The notes below the pieces were generated by a model. It was not told the origin of the DNA and did no database searches. It worked only from the letters and a program-made list of their open reading frames with translations. A stretch of DNA of 64,000 nt from Octopus vulgaris. Lineage: Eukaryota. The DNA is taken from NCBI GenBank assembly GCA_951406725.2, contig OX597815.1:154256001-154320000 (forward strand). The letters are read 5' to 3'. The translations under genes and the position numbers were made by a program. Within the stretch, counting starts at the first letter, position 1. Each line of letters starts with the position of its first letter. Below, piece after piece: positions 30,185 to 43,799 of the stretch.

Positions 30185-31405
30185 TGATCATCCCATAAAT
30201 AATGCGGTTTTTTATACTTTTAATCTTCAACATTAAGATAAGCAATGTTCTTTTTTAATCTAAATCTCCTTCATTTTCGCAATGCTCTTCCATGTCTTTC
30301 GTAGACTTGCAAGGACCCTCTTCCAAAATTCACTTGCCCGTGGCGAAAAAATACTCCAGTATTGTTTTGGCCTCGTCTACAAAATTCATATTCGAAGACT
30401 GCGGAATAAATTATAATAAGATGGGGCAATGTCCGGCGAATATGGTGGGTGGGGCATCAGATTCCATTTAAATTGCTCCAGGCTTTGCAATGTCATCCTC
30501 CCTGTATGTGGCCGAGCATTATCCTGATGGAAGGATACTTTTCGTCTTGAAACCAAAGAGAGTCATTTTCCTTCTAGTTCTTATTTAAGCCGTTCAAGCT
30601 GCCCGCGGTAGATCTCATTTGTTATTGTTTGGTTTGAGTTTAACGTTGAAAGTGGACTAAACTTATATCTCACCAAACAGATAACAACATCTCATGTAGG
30701 TGAAGACCTTCTTTCGCCTGGGGCGCCAGTGTTTCTCCTTTCCCTATCCATTGTCTTCGGCGCTTGACATGTTTATGCAAAACTCATTTCACGTCACTAG
30801 TCACTATTCGGTCCATAAAAGGTTCATTCCTGAGACGTGACATCAAAGATTAGATTTAGAAAGTTTGTGAGGATACCATTGACCCAATTTGCTGACTTTT
30901 CCGATGGCACGAAGGTGTCGATGGATGGCTGAATGACCAAATTAAAGCGCCTCTGGTAGTTTGTCAACAGTTACGATGGGATTTTGTTCCACCAGGTTTT
31001 GCAGGACGTTCTCGTTGAGCTCTAAAGTTCTCCCAGGACGCGGCTTGTCTTCTAGGCTGTAGTTTCCGGGTCGGAATTTCTGGAACTACCGTTGACACTG
31101 GTTTACGCTTATCGTCCTAGCCACACATACTGCATTAATATTCCTCACACTTTCCGTTGTGTAGTTGCCTTTATTGAACTCATAAAGCAACATACGCCAA
31201 ACTCGCTCCTTAGTCACTTTCATAATAGCTTGAAAACAATAAGTTTTAAAATGGAACTGCACTCTTCAAAACTTACAATAAGAATAAGTACAATGTAACA
31301 TTACTACCTGATTTTATAGCAAGTTGATGCAGGCAGCTTATCCCGTCCCCCGCCGACTTTTAGTTCATGCAATTGAAAAAACCGCATTATTTATGGAATG
31401 AACCA
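30185..31405 (-). mobile_element. Full-span degenerate mariner transposon
   Basis: ~28-bp TIRs (tgatcatcccataaataatgcggttttt / aaaaaccgcattatttatggaatgaacca); minus-strand remnants KLGQWYPHKL, VTSD, HQDNARPH, HPPYSPDIAPS. Confidence 0.92.
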
Positions 31406-31406
31406 C

Positions 31407-31445
<39 letters not shown>

Positions 31446-31969
31446 GCATGTGTGTGTGTGTATTTATATATACATTGTGTTCAAAGTGAATATTGAATTT
31501 AACATTTCTTTCTGTTCAAAAACAGTTTGGAACCGAGTTAGATTGAGTTTAAGGCTACTTTTCAATTTGATGATACTGTACAGATGCAAATTTCGAAAAT
31601 GAAATAAGCTTCAGGAATAAGTACAAATGCGTGTTTCTTTTGGAGACATAGATTTGCCACTTACTAAATCCAACGGTGTATTTGGCAAAGAAATTTAGAC
31701 TTGGAAAAAGAAAAGTTAATTATAGACAGATATTCCATGCCAAATTCACACGTTCCAAGCAAATAAAATACCGGTTTGAAAATTGGGTTATAAATATTGA
31801 TCCTTTGCAAAGAATTAGAATGAGAGGAGTAAAGTAAATAACATGTATTCAATGGAAATTTTGCAAAGCAAGAAGGGTCTCTCCTTCAACATTACTTTTC
31901 CGACTGTTATTTTTATCTCTCAGCCTCCCTCACTCTCTAATGCCTCTCTCTCTTTCTCTTCCTCTCTCT

Positions 31970-32003
<34 letters not shown>

Positions 32004-32099
32004 ACATATATATATATATATACGGATATATATATATATATATATTGTATATCTATCTATCTATATATATATATATACATATATATATATGTATATATA

Positions 32100-32850
32100 T
32101 ATTGGTGTATCATCTAACCCCCTCTCCCCCCTCCTCATCTAACCTCCCCCGACCCCTACTTCTCTTCAGTCCTTCATCCTTTAACCCCTACTCCTCTTCC
32201 CTTCTTCACTCTTTCTCCCTCCCTCCTTCTTCCCTCTTCCCCTTCCCTCTGCTCCCTCACTCCCCTTCTCTCTCTCTCCCCCTCTCCCTCTATCCTCCCT
32301 CCACCTCTCCCCTCCTCTCCTTCCTTCTCCCCCTCCTCTCCTCTCCTTCCTTCTCCCCCTTCCCCTTCCCCCTCCTCTTCTCCCCTTTCTTTCTCCCCCC
32401 TCCCCCTCTTCTCCTCTCTCTACACTACACCATACGACTTTACACATCACATCATATATATATACACACGTCCAGACCTCTCATACGTACTAATACTCTC
32501 TCATACACACACACACACTCTTATGTTGGAGTGAGGTCATTCAACCCTATTATCTCCCCTAATTTCGCTCTTGCGTCTCATGTTTGATCTTTGACTTCTG
32601 GCCGAAATCAGATCGCCATGTTGATTCGCTAGCTTCTGCACGTATATTTTTTTCTCTCCTTCTTTCTGTGTTTTTTCTCTGTGTATCTTTCTGTTGAAGA
32701 GCGTAGGCTCGAAACCGTTAAAGACTTGTTTTATTTATATTTCCTGCGCCATACTAATACAATTGTTTGTTTGTATTCCACCTGCCTTCGTCTTTTGTTT
32801 ATTTCCGTAAACCTGCCTTCGTCTTTTGTCTATTTTCATAAAGCTTCCCG

Positions 32851-32852
<2 letters not shown>
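32100..32852 (+). mobile_element. Penelope-like pLTR remnant between (TA)n tracts
   Basis: 32680-32850 is homologous to reverse complement of 56570-56710; hammerhead-like motif; CT-rich tract; ends in (TA)n. Confidence 0.6.
32686..32724 (+). ncRNA. Minimal hammerhead-like motif with variant core (CUGUUGAA)
   Basis: tcttt-ctgttgaa-gagc(gtag)gctc-gaaa-ccg-tt-aaaga: stem I, stem II and GAAA in type I order. Confidence 0.5.
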
Positions 32853-32919
<67 letters not shown>

Positions 32920-33124
32920 CATATATATGTGGATATATATGTATATATATATTTGTATATATATATATTTGTATATATATATATATATATATATAAGCAA
33001 AACATTTAGATTCAGATGAATATGGTACTTAAGTTGAAGCACCACAATTTAGTACTGTACTATCCATACAAATTCAAAGTAAGGTGATTAAAATGAAAAT
33101 AAGGAACAAGGATATCCAGAGGTA

Positions 33125-33213
33125 ATGCAATACGATCCTTTCATAGAACTCCGTTTAACTGAACAATACAATCATTACATCAATTTAAAATGCAGAGCAA
33201 TCCTCAGCTGCAC
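33125..33213 (-). ncRNA. Hammerhead-like motif with long stem II (left arm)
   Basis: Reverse complement: gtgcag-CTGAGGA-~60 nt-GAAA-ggatcg-TA-ttgcat. Confidence 0.5.
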
Positions 33214-33452
33214 AAAGACAGAATTTAATTAAATTAGAACAGATGGAAACATTAGTATAATTACACCTAAAATCTCCAAGAAGTTAAGGAGATAGACAAA
33301 GAAAATGTTGTCTCCACTCCAGCATAGACGTTACTACTCCAGCTGAAGTGGGGACAACATGTTTTTGTCTATCTCCTTAACTTCTTGGAGTTTTTAGGTA
33401 TAATTGTACTAACGTGCCCCTCTGTTCTAATTTAATTAAATTCTATGTCTTT

Positions 33453-33541
33453 GTGCAACTGAGGATTGCTCTGCATTTTAAATTGATGTAATGATTGCAT
33501 TGTTCTATTAAATGGAGTTGCATGAAACGATCGTACTGCAT
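33453..33541 (+). ncRNA. Hammerhead-like motif with long stem II (right arm)
   Basis: gtgcaa-CTGAGGA-~60-nt imperfect hairpin-GAAA-CGATCG (palindrome)-TA-ctgcat. Confidence 0.55.
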
Positions 33542-33797
33542 TACCTCTGGATATGCTTGTTCCTTACTTTGATATATATATATATATATATATAATATAT
33601 GCGCAAGTGAGAAGACAAATGAAAAAGTGGCTCTCATTACATTTAGTTGGAATTTTCATTTTTAGTTAATAAAAGTTTGACTCAGTTCCATACAACTTAC
33701 ACATTTCTAGGCTCGTGAGGTAACTTAGATAGATAACTGATGAGACACGTTACGTCTCCAAGATTACGAAACTTGAAGTCGTATGTTCTCGAGTGAA

Positions 33798-33861
<64 letters not shown>

Positions 33862-35275
33862 GTGTGTGTGTATATATATATACATATATGCATATATATA
33901 TATATGCATATATATTCTTTAAACAACACACATCTATTTACAACCCAAAAAATTATTTAAACAACACACATCTATTTACAATATATTATGTGTGTATGTG
34001 TGTGTATGTGTGGTGTGTGTGTGTGTGTGTGGTGCGTGTGTGTGTGTGTGTGGTATGTATATGTATGATGTGTGTGTGTGTGTGTATATATATGTATATG
34101 TAGTGTGTGTGTATGGCCCGCACACACGCGTAGACGCGCACGCGCACGCACACGCGCACGCACACGCGCGCACACGGGCGGGCACGCATATACACACACC
34201 ATCCTACCCCCAAAAATTCTTTAAACAACACACATCTATTTACACCACCCTGGAACCAATCAAAAACAGCCCCACACACACACAGACACATGTATACGTG
34301 TATGTGCACGCACACAGGGATACACACACTCACACCAATCTCACCTTCATACAGGCACATATATACACACGCAGCACCAGGTCAAATGCCATCCACACAC
34401 ATACATGCGTACACACGCACACACACACACACACAACACCATGACAACAACACACGCAGTTGACAAACAGACACCATCCGACCAAATACTACAGACACAT
34501 CTATTCACACCACATGTATATGTATGCACACACACATACACACAGACACACATATTCACCTCATCCTAACCCCAAAATCATTGATGCTTGAAGGAGAGCC
34601 CAAAAAAGAAAAAAACGGGTACATTCTTTTCAATTCCACATTTCTGCTAAAACGGACAGGTTAGTGACAACTTCACCACTACAATAATGTAAATTTTTTG
34701 AACTCATAATATTCTGTATGAGTATACTGAACTTTTTTTAATAATTTCTCCTGGAAATTACCCTGAGATGTATAATATATTTGTTTTAATCTTTTCTGCC
34801 CATTTTTTCAATGAGTTTGTTAAACTTTTTTATATTCTCAAAATACTGTTGTCACCAAAGACTGTATATTTATATGGATTATAGTACTCTGTGTCAACCA
34901 ATATTCTGTGCATGTTTGACTATACAGATACAGTACCAATATCAATTCCTTCTGGAAACTATCTTAAGTATGTCCTTGAGAACGATTATTTATGTAATCT
35001 TTTTTGCCCAATATTTTAAGGAACTTGTTGAACTTTTTTATGTCCTTAACATGTCTCTGTTACCAAAGACTGTATATATATATGTAATGTAGCAATTTGC
35101 AACAACCAATAATTAACGCAACCAAACTTCCACATGTTACTTTTGACAATCTTTTTCCAAAGAGTGAAACCGGTAAAGTAAATAAACATCTTTTAAATTG
35201 CATTTTCAAACCTTCTTCCGTATATAATTCCACTCGTGCGGTACCCCACAACTCCACTTTGTTATATATATATAT

Positions 35276-35342
<67 letters not shown>

Positions 35343-35345
35343 ATG

Positions 35346-36742
35346 CTAGCAGAAACACCCAGCGTTTCGCAGGTTAAAGAGAATAATTGCTCAGGTTTCA
35401 ACAGCTAGTAGCTGAGATACAAACTTTCTGTATTAATAACTCTCCAGCCCATAGTAGCATGGAACATAGACGTTAAGTGAAATTTTAAAAGAAAGTTTTC
35501 AACTCATATATGTATGTAAAGTGAATACACGTAATTCAAATATACGTTTTGTGTAGCGTATTTTTAAACAAAAAAGAACATGTGTAGCTTATAAACAATG
35601 AAAGGCCGATTTTGGTGATTCATTTGACAGAGGCAGTAGACAGCCAGTCCGATGGTAAATCTGACCTTTGATCTTGAAAGTTTGCATGAATCTTGGCTCA
35701 GTTAAATCTCTTGTGGCCCCAAATTATGTCGTCTGTAGTGCAGCGTTGTATTGTCTAATTTTGTTTTGGAAGTGTTCAGAATCTTGGTCAGTTGGTGACA
35801 CCATTTTCATCAATGTCTCTGGAGGTTGGGAGATTGCAGGGTGTTTAACCTTTCCACAACTGCAGCACAGTGCAAGTGTCTCTCCAAGCGACTCTTTTGC
35901 TGTACAATATATTCACTCAGTTGTAATTGCATGAATGGAAACACTAGTGCATAATGAACTACTGGATCATAATTGAAAGCCACTTCATAAACGTTGCCTC
36001 TCTGAGTTGTGGCAACTGCTCTTAGTTCTGCAGTGGAGATACTATTCCTTGTCAGCCGCGCATACCTCTATTCATCATTGTGAGATGCTCTGACTGTTGT
36101 AGTGCACAGTCTGTTCGTTCCTTGGTATGCTTCCGTTTCTGCAGTTGTCTCTATTTGTTTGTAAATAGAGATTGAAAACTTACAGTGAAAACAATATTGA
36201 TTGAAAAATGAAAGTGAAAACAATTACAGGGTGGTATATAGAGAGAGAGAAAGAGAGAGAGCTAGCTACTTAGACAAATAAGATAGAAATAGATAGATAT
36301 TTAGATAAGATATAGACAGATAGGTACAGAGAAATGGATAGATATACAGATAACGATGGATAAAGAGATATAGATAGAGAGATATAGGCGTCATTGACGC
36401 TAGAAAACCGGATGGAAATATGTTTTAAAACTTTGAAAGACGCGAATCTAATCTAAAAACAATGTTTTAAATTTTTCAATGACCAATGGTTATAAGGGAG
36501 CCAATCAATTTCTAAAAATTACTTCACAAAGAGTTATCTTCCTTCTTCCCGTAACCCAGGAACGGGTATTTTCTGCCTTCAGAGGGCCGGTTACTCACTA
36601 TCTGGAAATTCTGGAGTCTAAAACCATCCTTGGAACTTAGGAAATGTATGTTCCCAGTTTCGAGAAAATCAGTTGAAAAATATGGCCGTTATAAATTTTT
36701 ACACACACACATACAAAACGGGATTTATATTATAATATATTA
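35346..36742 (-). mobile_element. Internally deleted Helitron
   Basis: Minus-strand 3' end: hairpin acctgcg-aaa-cgctgggt then ttctgCTAG (35346-35349); internal RepHel remnant; Helitron-like AT-rich 5' end near 36740. Confidence 0.85.
35600..36000 (-). pseudogene. Helitron RepHel N-terminal fragment
   Basis: Minus strand reads LCCSCGKVKHP, HFQNKIRQYNAALQTT*FGA and FMQTFKIKGQIYHRTGCLLP, motifs typical of Helitron pre-Rep regions. Confidence 0.85.
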
Positions 36743-36803
36743 TATGATACACGCATACATACATACAAACATACATACATACATACATACATACATACAT
36801 ACA

Positions 36804-36838
<35 letters not shown>

Positions 36839-36899
36839 GTGGACAAATTTGAAACCATTATTATCATTATTATTATTATTATTGTTATTACTTTTATTT

Positions 36900-37968
36900 T
36901 TTTCTTCTTTCAAATTTTCTTCCATTTCTTGCCGAGTGTCTTCCCGACTCCTAGGGCAAAGAAACTCATAGTGTATATTGGTAGGCCATTAAACCAAACT
37001 CAGTAGTTCGTTCTTTTTTTTTTTTTTTTTTTTTAAGTTAAATTAAAATTAAAATACATGAGCAGCAACAGTTCTCACATCGACAATGCTCTTCTCAATA
37101 CGTGTGATGTACCAGTTAAGACAATCTTTTGCACTTCTTGCAGGGATGGTAAGCCAGGGATCATTCTCATATAATTTTCGGTTCCCTTCTTGATCATTCC
37201 TAGTGCTCCTACGATCACTGGTATTGTAACCGCCTTGAGATGCCACATTTTCTCAATTTCAATGAGTAGGTCTTTATATTTTCTGAGCTTGTCAAACTCT
37301 TTCGCTGAGATATTATGATCACAGGGGATGCTCATGTCGATCAATAAGCAAACTTTATTGTTTTGGTCTTTCACAACAATATCTGGTTTATTGGCCTTGA
37401 TGGTTCGGTCTGTATGTACTGGAAAGTCCCACAGAATGGTTACATTTTCTCCTTCAGTTACAGCCTCAGGGTGATGATTATACCACTTGTCGGCAGTTTT
37501 GATATTGTAATGCCGACTTATTAGCCAGTGGAGATATTGGCCAACTCTGTCATGTCTTAATTTATACTCCACTGGTGCTAAGACTTTACATCCAGAGATT
37601 AGGTGGTCCACTGTTTCAATCATGTCGTTGCAGAATCGGCATTTTGGGTCTGCTCCATTTTCATCACATTGGCCTGGTAGTTCCGGGTTAATAGGCTTTG
37701 GTCTTGAGCAGCCAGGATGAAACCTTCGCTCTCTGCTTTTAGCCCTGAGCTCCGCAGCCACTGATGGGTTTGCTTCTGGTCAACATCAGCTTGTTTGCTG
37801 CGGGTCACATATTTGCCGTGCAGAGGTTTCTCCTCCCACCTATCAGCCAATTGCTCGTGCGTTTTTTTCATTGCCATCATTTTCACCTTCTTTGCAACAA
37901 TAGTTGCCGTACTTCCCTCGGGTTGTTCAGTTTGGGTATCCTGCACGAGATCAATAGCAAATTTTTTG
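36900..37968 (-). mobile_element. R4/Dong-like element, 5'-truncated (family 1), knuckle + RLE
   Basis: ORF 37075-37761: CRFCNDMIETVDHLISGC, RHD, KPDI...IDMS, KLRKYKDL; (TTA)n flanks. Confidence 0.93.
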
Positions 37969-37975
37969 CTTATTA

Positions 37976-38053
<78 letters not shown>

Positions 38054-38082
38054 TATGTTTGACTTTTGCTTTATATTTGTAT

Positions 38083-38130
38083 AAGTTGGCTCCAAGTCTC
38101 ACCCAGAGACCTCAAGAGGCAACAGGTTAT
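38083..38130 (-). mobile_element. ~45-bp extreme 3' terminus of an R4-like element (family 3)
   Basis: Reverse complement ataacctgttgcctcttgaggtctctgggtgagac matches 7852-7885; lies between (TTA)n tracts. Confidence 0.7.
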
Positions 38131-38145
38131 TATTTTTATTATTAC

Positions 38146-38220
<75 letters not shown>

Positions 38221-38235
38221 CATTATCATTTTTTT

Positions 38236-39385
38236 TATAACAAGTTTTTTGGAACTCCTGGTGTCTTGCATGCGTAGCGGGCTTGCTACCTGCAGCCTAC
38301 GGTACGATTCTCTCCGTTTTTTAAAACTATTCTTCCCTGATTATTCTGGCCGTGCCAAGTTGGAAAACCTTTCGTATCAGTTCTATTGGGCAATTTATTC
38401 CAATTTTCTATATATTCCTCTTGATGCATTCTGGTACTATCCTCAAGGACTCAACAATAATTCACCTTCTTCATTTTCTTTAGCCGGGCTATTTTGTACT
38501 TAAGAGTTTTATATTTATCTATTTTTCGCCTTCTTCCTTGACTATTTGTGGGTCACATGAGCACAGAACATCAACTATATAGCACACATGGTGTATCTTG
38601 TCGTCTAGCACTTGGTGCAGTCTCTTATGCTCTTGCACCTGATCTGTTTGGATTGGGAAATGCCAGAGAATTTTGCTAGTCTCCGACCCTACCGCTCTTT
38701 GAGGCTTGTGCTCATACTACGTTTTGCCTCTCTCTAGCCCCCGATTTTCGCACAGTTTCCAATGTAGCACATTCGCTGCCTAATCGTGTCTGCACAACTT
38801 ATAGCAGTTTTCGGCAATGTAGGGTATTCGTTTGTCATTTGAGCAATGGTTTCATCCACATTATTGCAGATGCGGCGCATCGGAGACATTTGTTTATTCT
38901 TAAAGTCGGCCCTCCAGTTCGAGGCCAAGGCTTGGTCTTGCGCTCCCTGTATAGTGATCTCAATCTCTTTTTTTATAGTGTTCCTTTCTTCGACCAATCC
39001 TACCTATTTATTGCAGTAAATTCTGTTGTGGTTACATGGAATTGATCGTGTAGTCCCTTGATGCGTAATTCTTTTTCGTGTCCTTTTTGTAATTCCTCCT
39101 TTGTTTTTACTTTTTTACCGTGCTTTCAATACTCTCTCATTCTTAACTGACACTAGTAAGGATTCGTTATTTGGGCTAGATATCTCATTAAGCTCTCGAG
39201 TTCGATACGCACGCACTCTTCCACATTATCAGTCCCCTTCTTCCATTTGCTCTGTTCATGCATAGGCGATCAGAGTTTGTATGTGGATGATAGGCCCCAT
39301 GCAACGTCATGAGCTTTCTTGAATTCCTGCCCATCTCCTTTAGCTCCACCTCTGTCCACGTCAGAATTTCAGGACCATACCAAAC
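38236..39385 (-). mobile_element. R4/Dong-like element, degenerate (family 2)
   Basis: YGPEILTW...RKLMTLHGAYHP...NGRRGL; GAQDQAL; 3' end homologous to 5070-5150. Confidence 0.85.
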
Positions 39386-39451
39386 TACTTCCATCATCAT
39401 CATCTTCTTCGTCGTCGTCATCATCATCATCAACATCATTATTATTATTGT

Positions 39452-39597
39452 TGTTTTTGACTTTGCACAGCTTCTAACGCTGGAGATGTACTACGGTGTC
39501 AGCTGTTCACTACCAGTGAACTAAGGTAACACCTCTTATTTTTGGAGCACTTTCCGGAATATTCGAACGGTTCCAAGCAGATCACGTCTTTGAAGGT
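39452..39597 (-). mobile_element. Short 3' end of another RLE-type element
   Basis: Minus strand reads LLGTVRIFRKVL, the RLE C-terminal motif; adjacent to (TTA)n. Confidence 0.6.
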
Positions 39598-40924
39598 ATA
39601 CACACATACATAGAAAATGTGAGGCCATGGTAGAGAATTTTTACAACAGTTGATTTATGGAAAAGATTAGGTGAAATTTTTTTAAATGCAAATCTGTGAA
39701 TGAAAATTAAATTCAGACGTCTACATGGTAGGTAAACCTGGTAGAAATACCAGCCAAATTTCCCTCAAAAAAACACTAATGTATTAATGCAACAATTCAT
39801 ATTATATAATTTGAATGAGAAACTGTAACTAAAGATGAAGTTAATCCCACAAAGAGATGAAAGAAGAGAGACAGCAGAGGGAAAGTTTTGGCTGACTGTC
39901 ACCCTATAGTCCCCTTGTGATATGGCGGCTGTGTGAGCAACTGGTTCTTTTAATGGGGGAACTAAGAGGGGAATTTCATGAGGAGTTTTAATAGATTTTC
40001 TCGGTAAGTATGGGTGCTAGGAAAAAAATAAAAGAGGCATTAAGAAGTTGACGTTAAGAATTGCTTTAACAGTTAGAAAATGTTTGGCATTTCAATCATC
40101 ACCAAAAAATTAAGCTGTAAGAATTTACGGGCAAATTGTAAGAAGTAAAGCAGAAATGATTCTGAACTGCACTGCCAAAGTTCTGCAACTTAATAGCAGA
40201 TTTATCCAATTTAAGAAAAGTGAAGATAAAAAGCTAAGTAGAGAAATATGGAAGAATTCATTGTTATACGCTTACAGAAAAAATAGACACGCACATTTTT
40301 AGAGAAGAAAATGTAGCTGAGAACTATTGTATTGGACTTCTGTGTAATCAGAGAGCAGCAATTGAAAGAAGATATATATGAAATGGACTAATTTGGCTGG
40401 ATTTTTGCAGTCAGCACGAGGTGGTTTGTATTTATCTCTCGAGTCGAATTGTTGTTATATTGTCTGTAATAGCAATGCCCGGAGAAGTGAAAATATCTTC
40501 GTTTTTTTTACTCCTTAGCCTGCAGTAAAAGGAGTCAGGAGCCCTTCTCCATGAAAAAAAATTAAGTTTGTATTATAGGGTTAGGTGGAAAGGAGATCTT
40601 TTGCAGTCGACGTGAAAGTGAGAGAGATAGAGATAGATAGAGAGAGAGAGAGAGAGAGAGCGATTGTATGACTGACGTTCTTTTGAAGTTGGCGTGAAGC
40701 AGAAAAATTGATGTGCATGCGTGAGAGAGAGAGAGAGTATGTGTGTGTATGTCTGTGTGTGAGCGTGTGTATGTGTATGTGTGTGTGTTTGATGGGGCGT
40801 GCGATATGGCCGAGAGAGTTAACTGAAATTTTGTTATTCACTTGTTTTAGTGAGTGAATGTGTGAGTGAGTGACAGAGAAAAGGAGAGAGAGCTTATGTG
40901 TGTTGGCGGAAGAATTCCATTAGA

Positions 40925-41115
40925 AAAGTTTTAATCGCTTTTCCCGGTAACTATGGGGGCTAGGAAAAATACAAACTGCATTTCAACCTATGCACCCGTC
41001 TCCATATGTGTGCCATTTTTCACGCAAATCCACCCAACCGTTTGGCTGTGAACCTCAAGACAAGAAAGAATACAACGCTCGCCCATGTCCATTTTATATT
41101 ATATTATAGATATAG
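40925..41115 (-). mobile_element. Helitron-like non-autonomous element, 5' end
   Basis: Minus strand starts tctataatataatataaaa...aaacggttgggtggatttgcgtgaaaaatggcaca; a segment recurs at ~39985-40030; no 3' end found. Confidence 0.5.
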
Positions 41116-41194
41116 ATTATTATTGGTAGATAAGCAAGAAACCGAGAAAAAGCACCAATGTGTATATCTATCCATCTATCTATCTCTCTCTCTA

Positions 41195-41227
<33 letters not shown>

Positions 41228-41295
41228 GTATCTATCCATCCATCCATCCATCCATCATCTATCTATCTATCTATCTATCTATTTATATATATGTT

Positions 41296-41371
<76 letters not shown>

Positions 41372-41494
41372 CGACTTGTATAGATACGGAAGCATATGTA
41401 ATTAACATTTTAAAATTTCACTCACAGGGTTGCAGCCTTCTTCTTCTTATTGTTGTTGTTGTTGTTGTTGCTGCTGTTGTTGTTATTATTATTA

Positions 41495-41589
<95 letters not shown>

Positions 41590-42748
41590 AAGAATCCGTT
41601 TCTAAAGGTTATAATGGCTCGGAGCACAATTATATTAATATTTAATAAGAAAGAATTTATTTTAAGAAATTCTGAAAAACTTTCTGATATGCTAGTGCTT
41701 TCTTATCCTTTAATCTCTTCATAATATCCCGCTATGAACTAAAAAGTATACAAAATAGTGTATCACGCATCTTCTCAGGTTGTACAAATATCACACCGCT
41801 CTGACCATCTACGTAGGGAAGCTGAAGTACTAAAAAGTAAAAGAGTAAACAAAAGCGTACTCATACAGGACAAATCAGAGCCAATCCCCTCGCAATAAAG
41901 TCGCAGCGATATCTTAAACGCTCCGATGCTTCCACTCTGCCCAGAGAAAATATATTGAACGAAAAAACGAATACACATAGAAAAAGGCTGCGACATCAAG
42001 AGCCGCATCATTCTCAAAGTGTTTAGTTGTATGCTGAAAACCTAATACAACTACAGAGGAAAGCAATACTTGCAGCCTAATGGAATTCTCCTTGGAAACC
42101 ACTAGAATTTATGCGCGTCCAAACTGGGTCATTCAACGATTTACCTGCGCATCTTATGATATGCACTATAATCCCCAGCTAGAATGAGTTATGGTAGAAT
42201 TGGCGATGGTGACTGTGTAAGAGACATCTTGACGTTTACCCCACTATCTGAATATCATATCACTAATCAGTCAGACCTGACCTGCGGCACAGCAAGAACA
42301 TCATCAATGAAACCGATAACCATAACGTCAGAAATTTAAAACCTACACTAGAGCATTCAACTATAATTGTTTCGTAATTTATTTCTGCTTTTGTTTTAAT
42401 ATTTCTCAAGTGATGTGGAGGAGATTTCACGCTTCCTAGTTCATGCGCAGTGCATGGAACCTTCCCCTGACTCATGAAAAATATCTGAAGAGATAGATGA
42501 AGAAGTAGCAATGAGAAACAGCAATAAGGCAAAACTGAATAAAATGCAATTCATTTTGTGCCCTACCCATCCTCCCCTTCTATCAATGTATATGATTCCT
42601 CCAGTTTTGGCGTGAAGATTATGATTTAACGTTTCGGATTTGGAGCATGAAGCTCTGGATTGATAGCCTGACAGAGATATGGAAATATAGGAATATACTG
42701 AGAAAGAAAACAATAGCTTGTTTTACAGACATACATACATACCCCACC

Positions 42749-42819
<71 letters not shown>

Positions 42820-42822
<3 letters not shown>

Positions 42823-43015
42823 ATCAAAATAAGCAACAAGAATAACTTCGGTAATTCGGTACGATCGTTTCACGCTACATCATTTTATCAAATGTTGTAT
42901 GTATTACAACAGTTTTAAAATGTTTGGCAATCATCAGCCATTAATAGAGGTTTATGGATAACACAATACAAAATTCTGGTGCATCTAACTTAAGTACCAT
43001 ATTCACTTGAATCTA
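42820..43015. mobile_element. Deleted relative of the 33-kb foldback element
   Basis: Minus 42858-42940: CTGATGA...GAAA-CGATCG-TA; 42950-43015 matches reverse complement of ~33005-33070. Confidence 0.7.
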
Positions 43016-43032
43016 TATATATATATATATAT

Positions 43033-43076
<44 letters not shown>

Positions 43077-43764
43077 AGAAAGAAAAAGTGAGGAAGTTGT
43101 ATAAATGAAAGAAGGCAGTGAGAAAAGAAATCAGTTCAGACGACATATTTCTCAAGATACTCCTCTTTCCCGTCGTCCTTATCATTGCCGTAATGGTCGT
43201 GGCTGTGGTTGTCGTGGTGGTGGTCATCATCATTACCATCATCATCATCATTATCATCGTCATTGTCATTGTCATCATCATCATCATCATTAGAAATTTT
43301 CTTCATTTCTTGCAATTGTCCATGTTCGCTGCTATTTTTTTATGTGGCAATCCAATTTAGTAATTCAGTTTAATATAAAAAAGAAAAATAAGAGACTTCT
43401 GCGTCGAACTGTTTTAAGTTTATAAACAACTGTATATACCCAGTGTTATTGTAATTTTCCAGCTCTCTTAAAACTTTGCTGCAAAATTGAAATGTCACTC
43501 ATATTGTATATGTTTATCACTCTAAACGATTACTTTCTAATATGAATCGATTTCCAATAGTATTAGAGTGATATATATATATACCCTTGAAAAACTATCA
43601 TATTCTTTTAAAAAATGCCATTAAAAAGATTAAGTAGCTCCTGATTTTTGACATTAATAATATCGTTAGTATCATCTTTATCCTTTTTTTATCACAGTGC
43701 TCATCATCAGTACCACCACCACCACCATCATCATCCCCACCACCACCACCACTACCACCACCAC

Positions 43765-43799
<35 letters not shown>

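Larger units (their letters stand above)
32995..33571. mobile_element. Foldback element (inverted Penelope-like pLTR pair) in (TA)n
   Basis: Imperfect arms ~33100-33322 and ~33340-33566 with a ~17-nt loop; each arm carries a hammerhead-like motif; related copy at 42820-43015. Confidence 0.75.

Noticed and set aside
33915-34245. Three copies of tttaaacaacacacatctatttaca as a CRISPR-like array
   Set aside because: Irregular spacing, microsatellite spacers, eukaryotic context and no cas genes.
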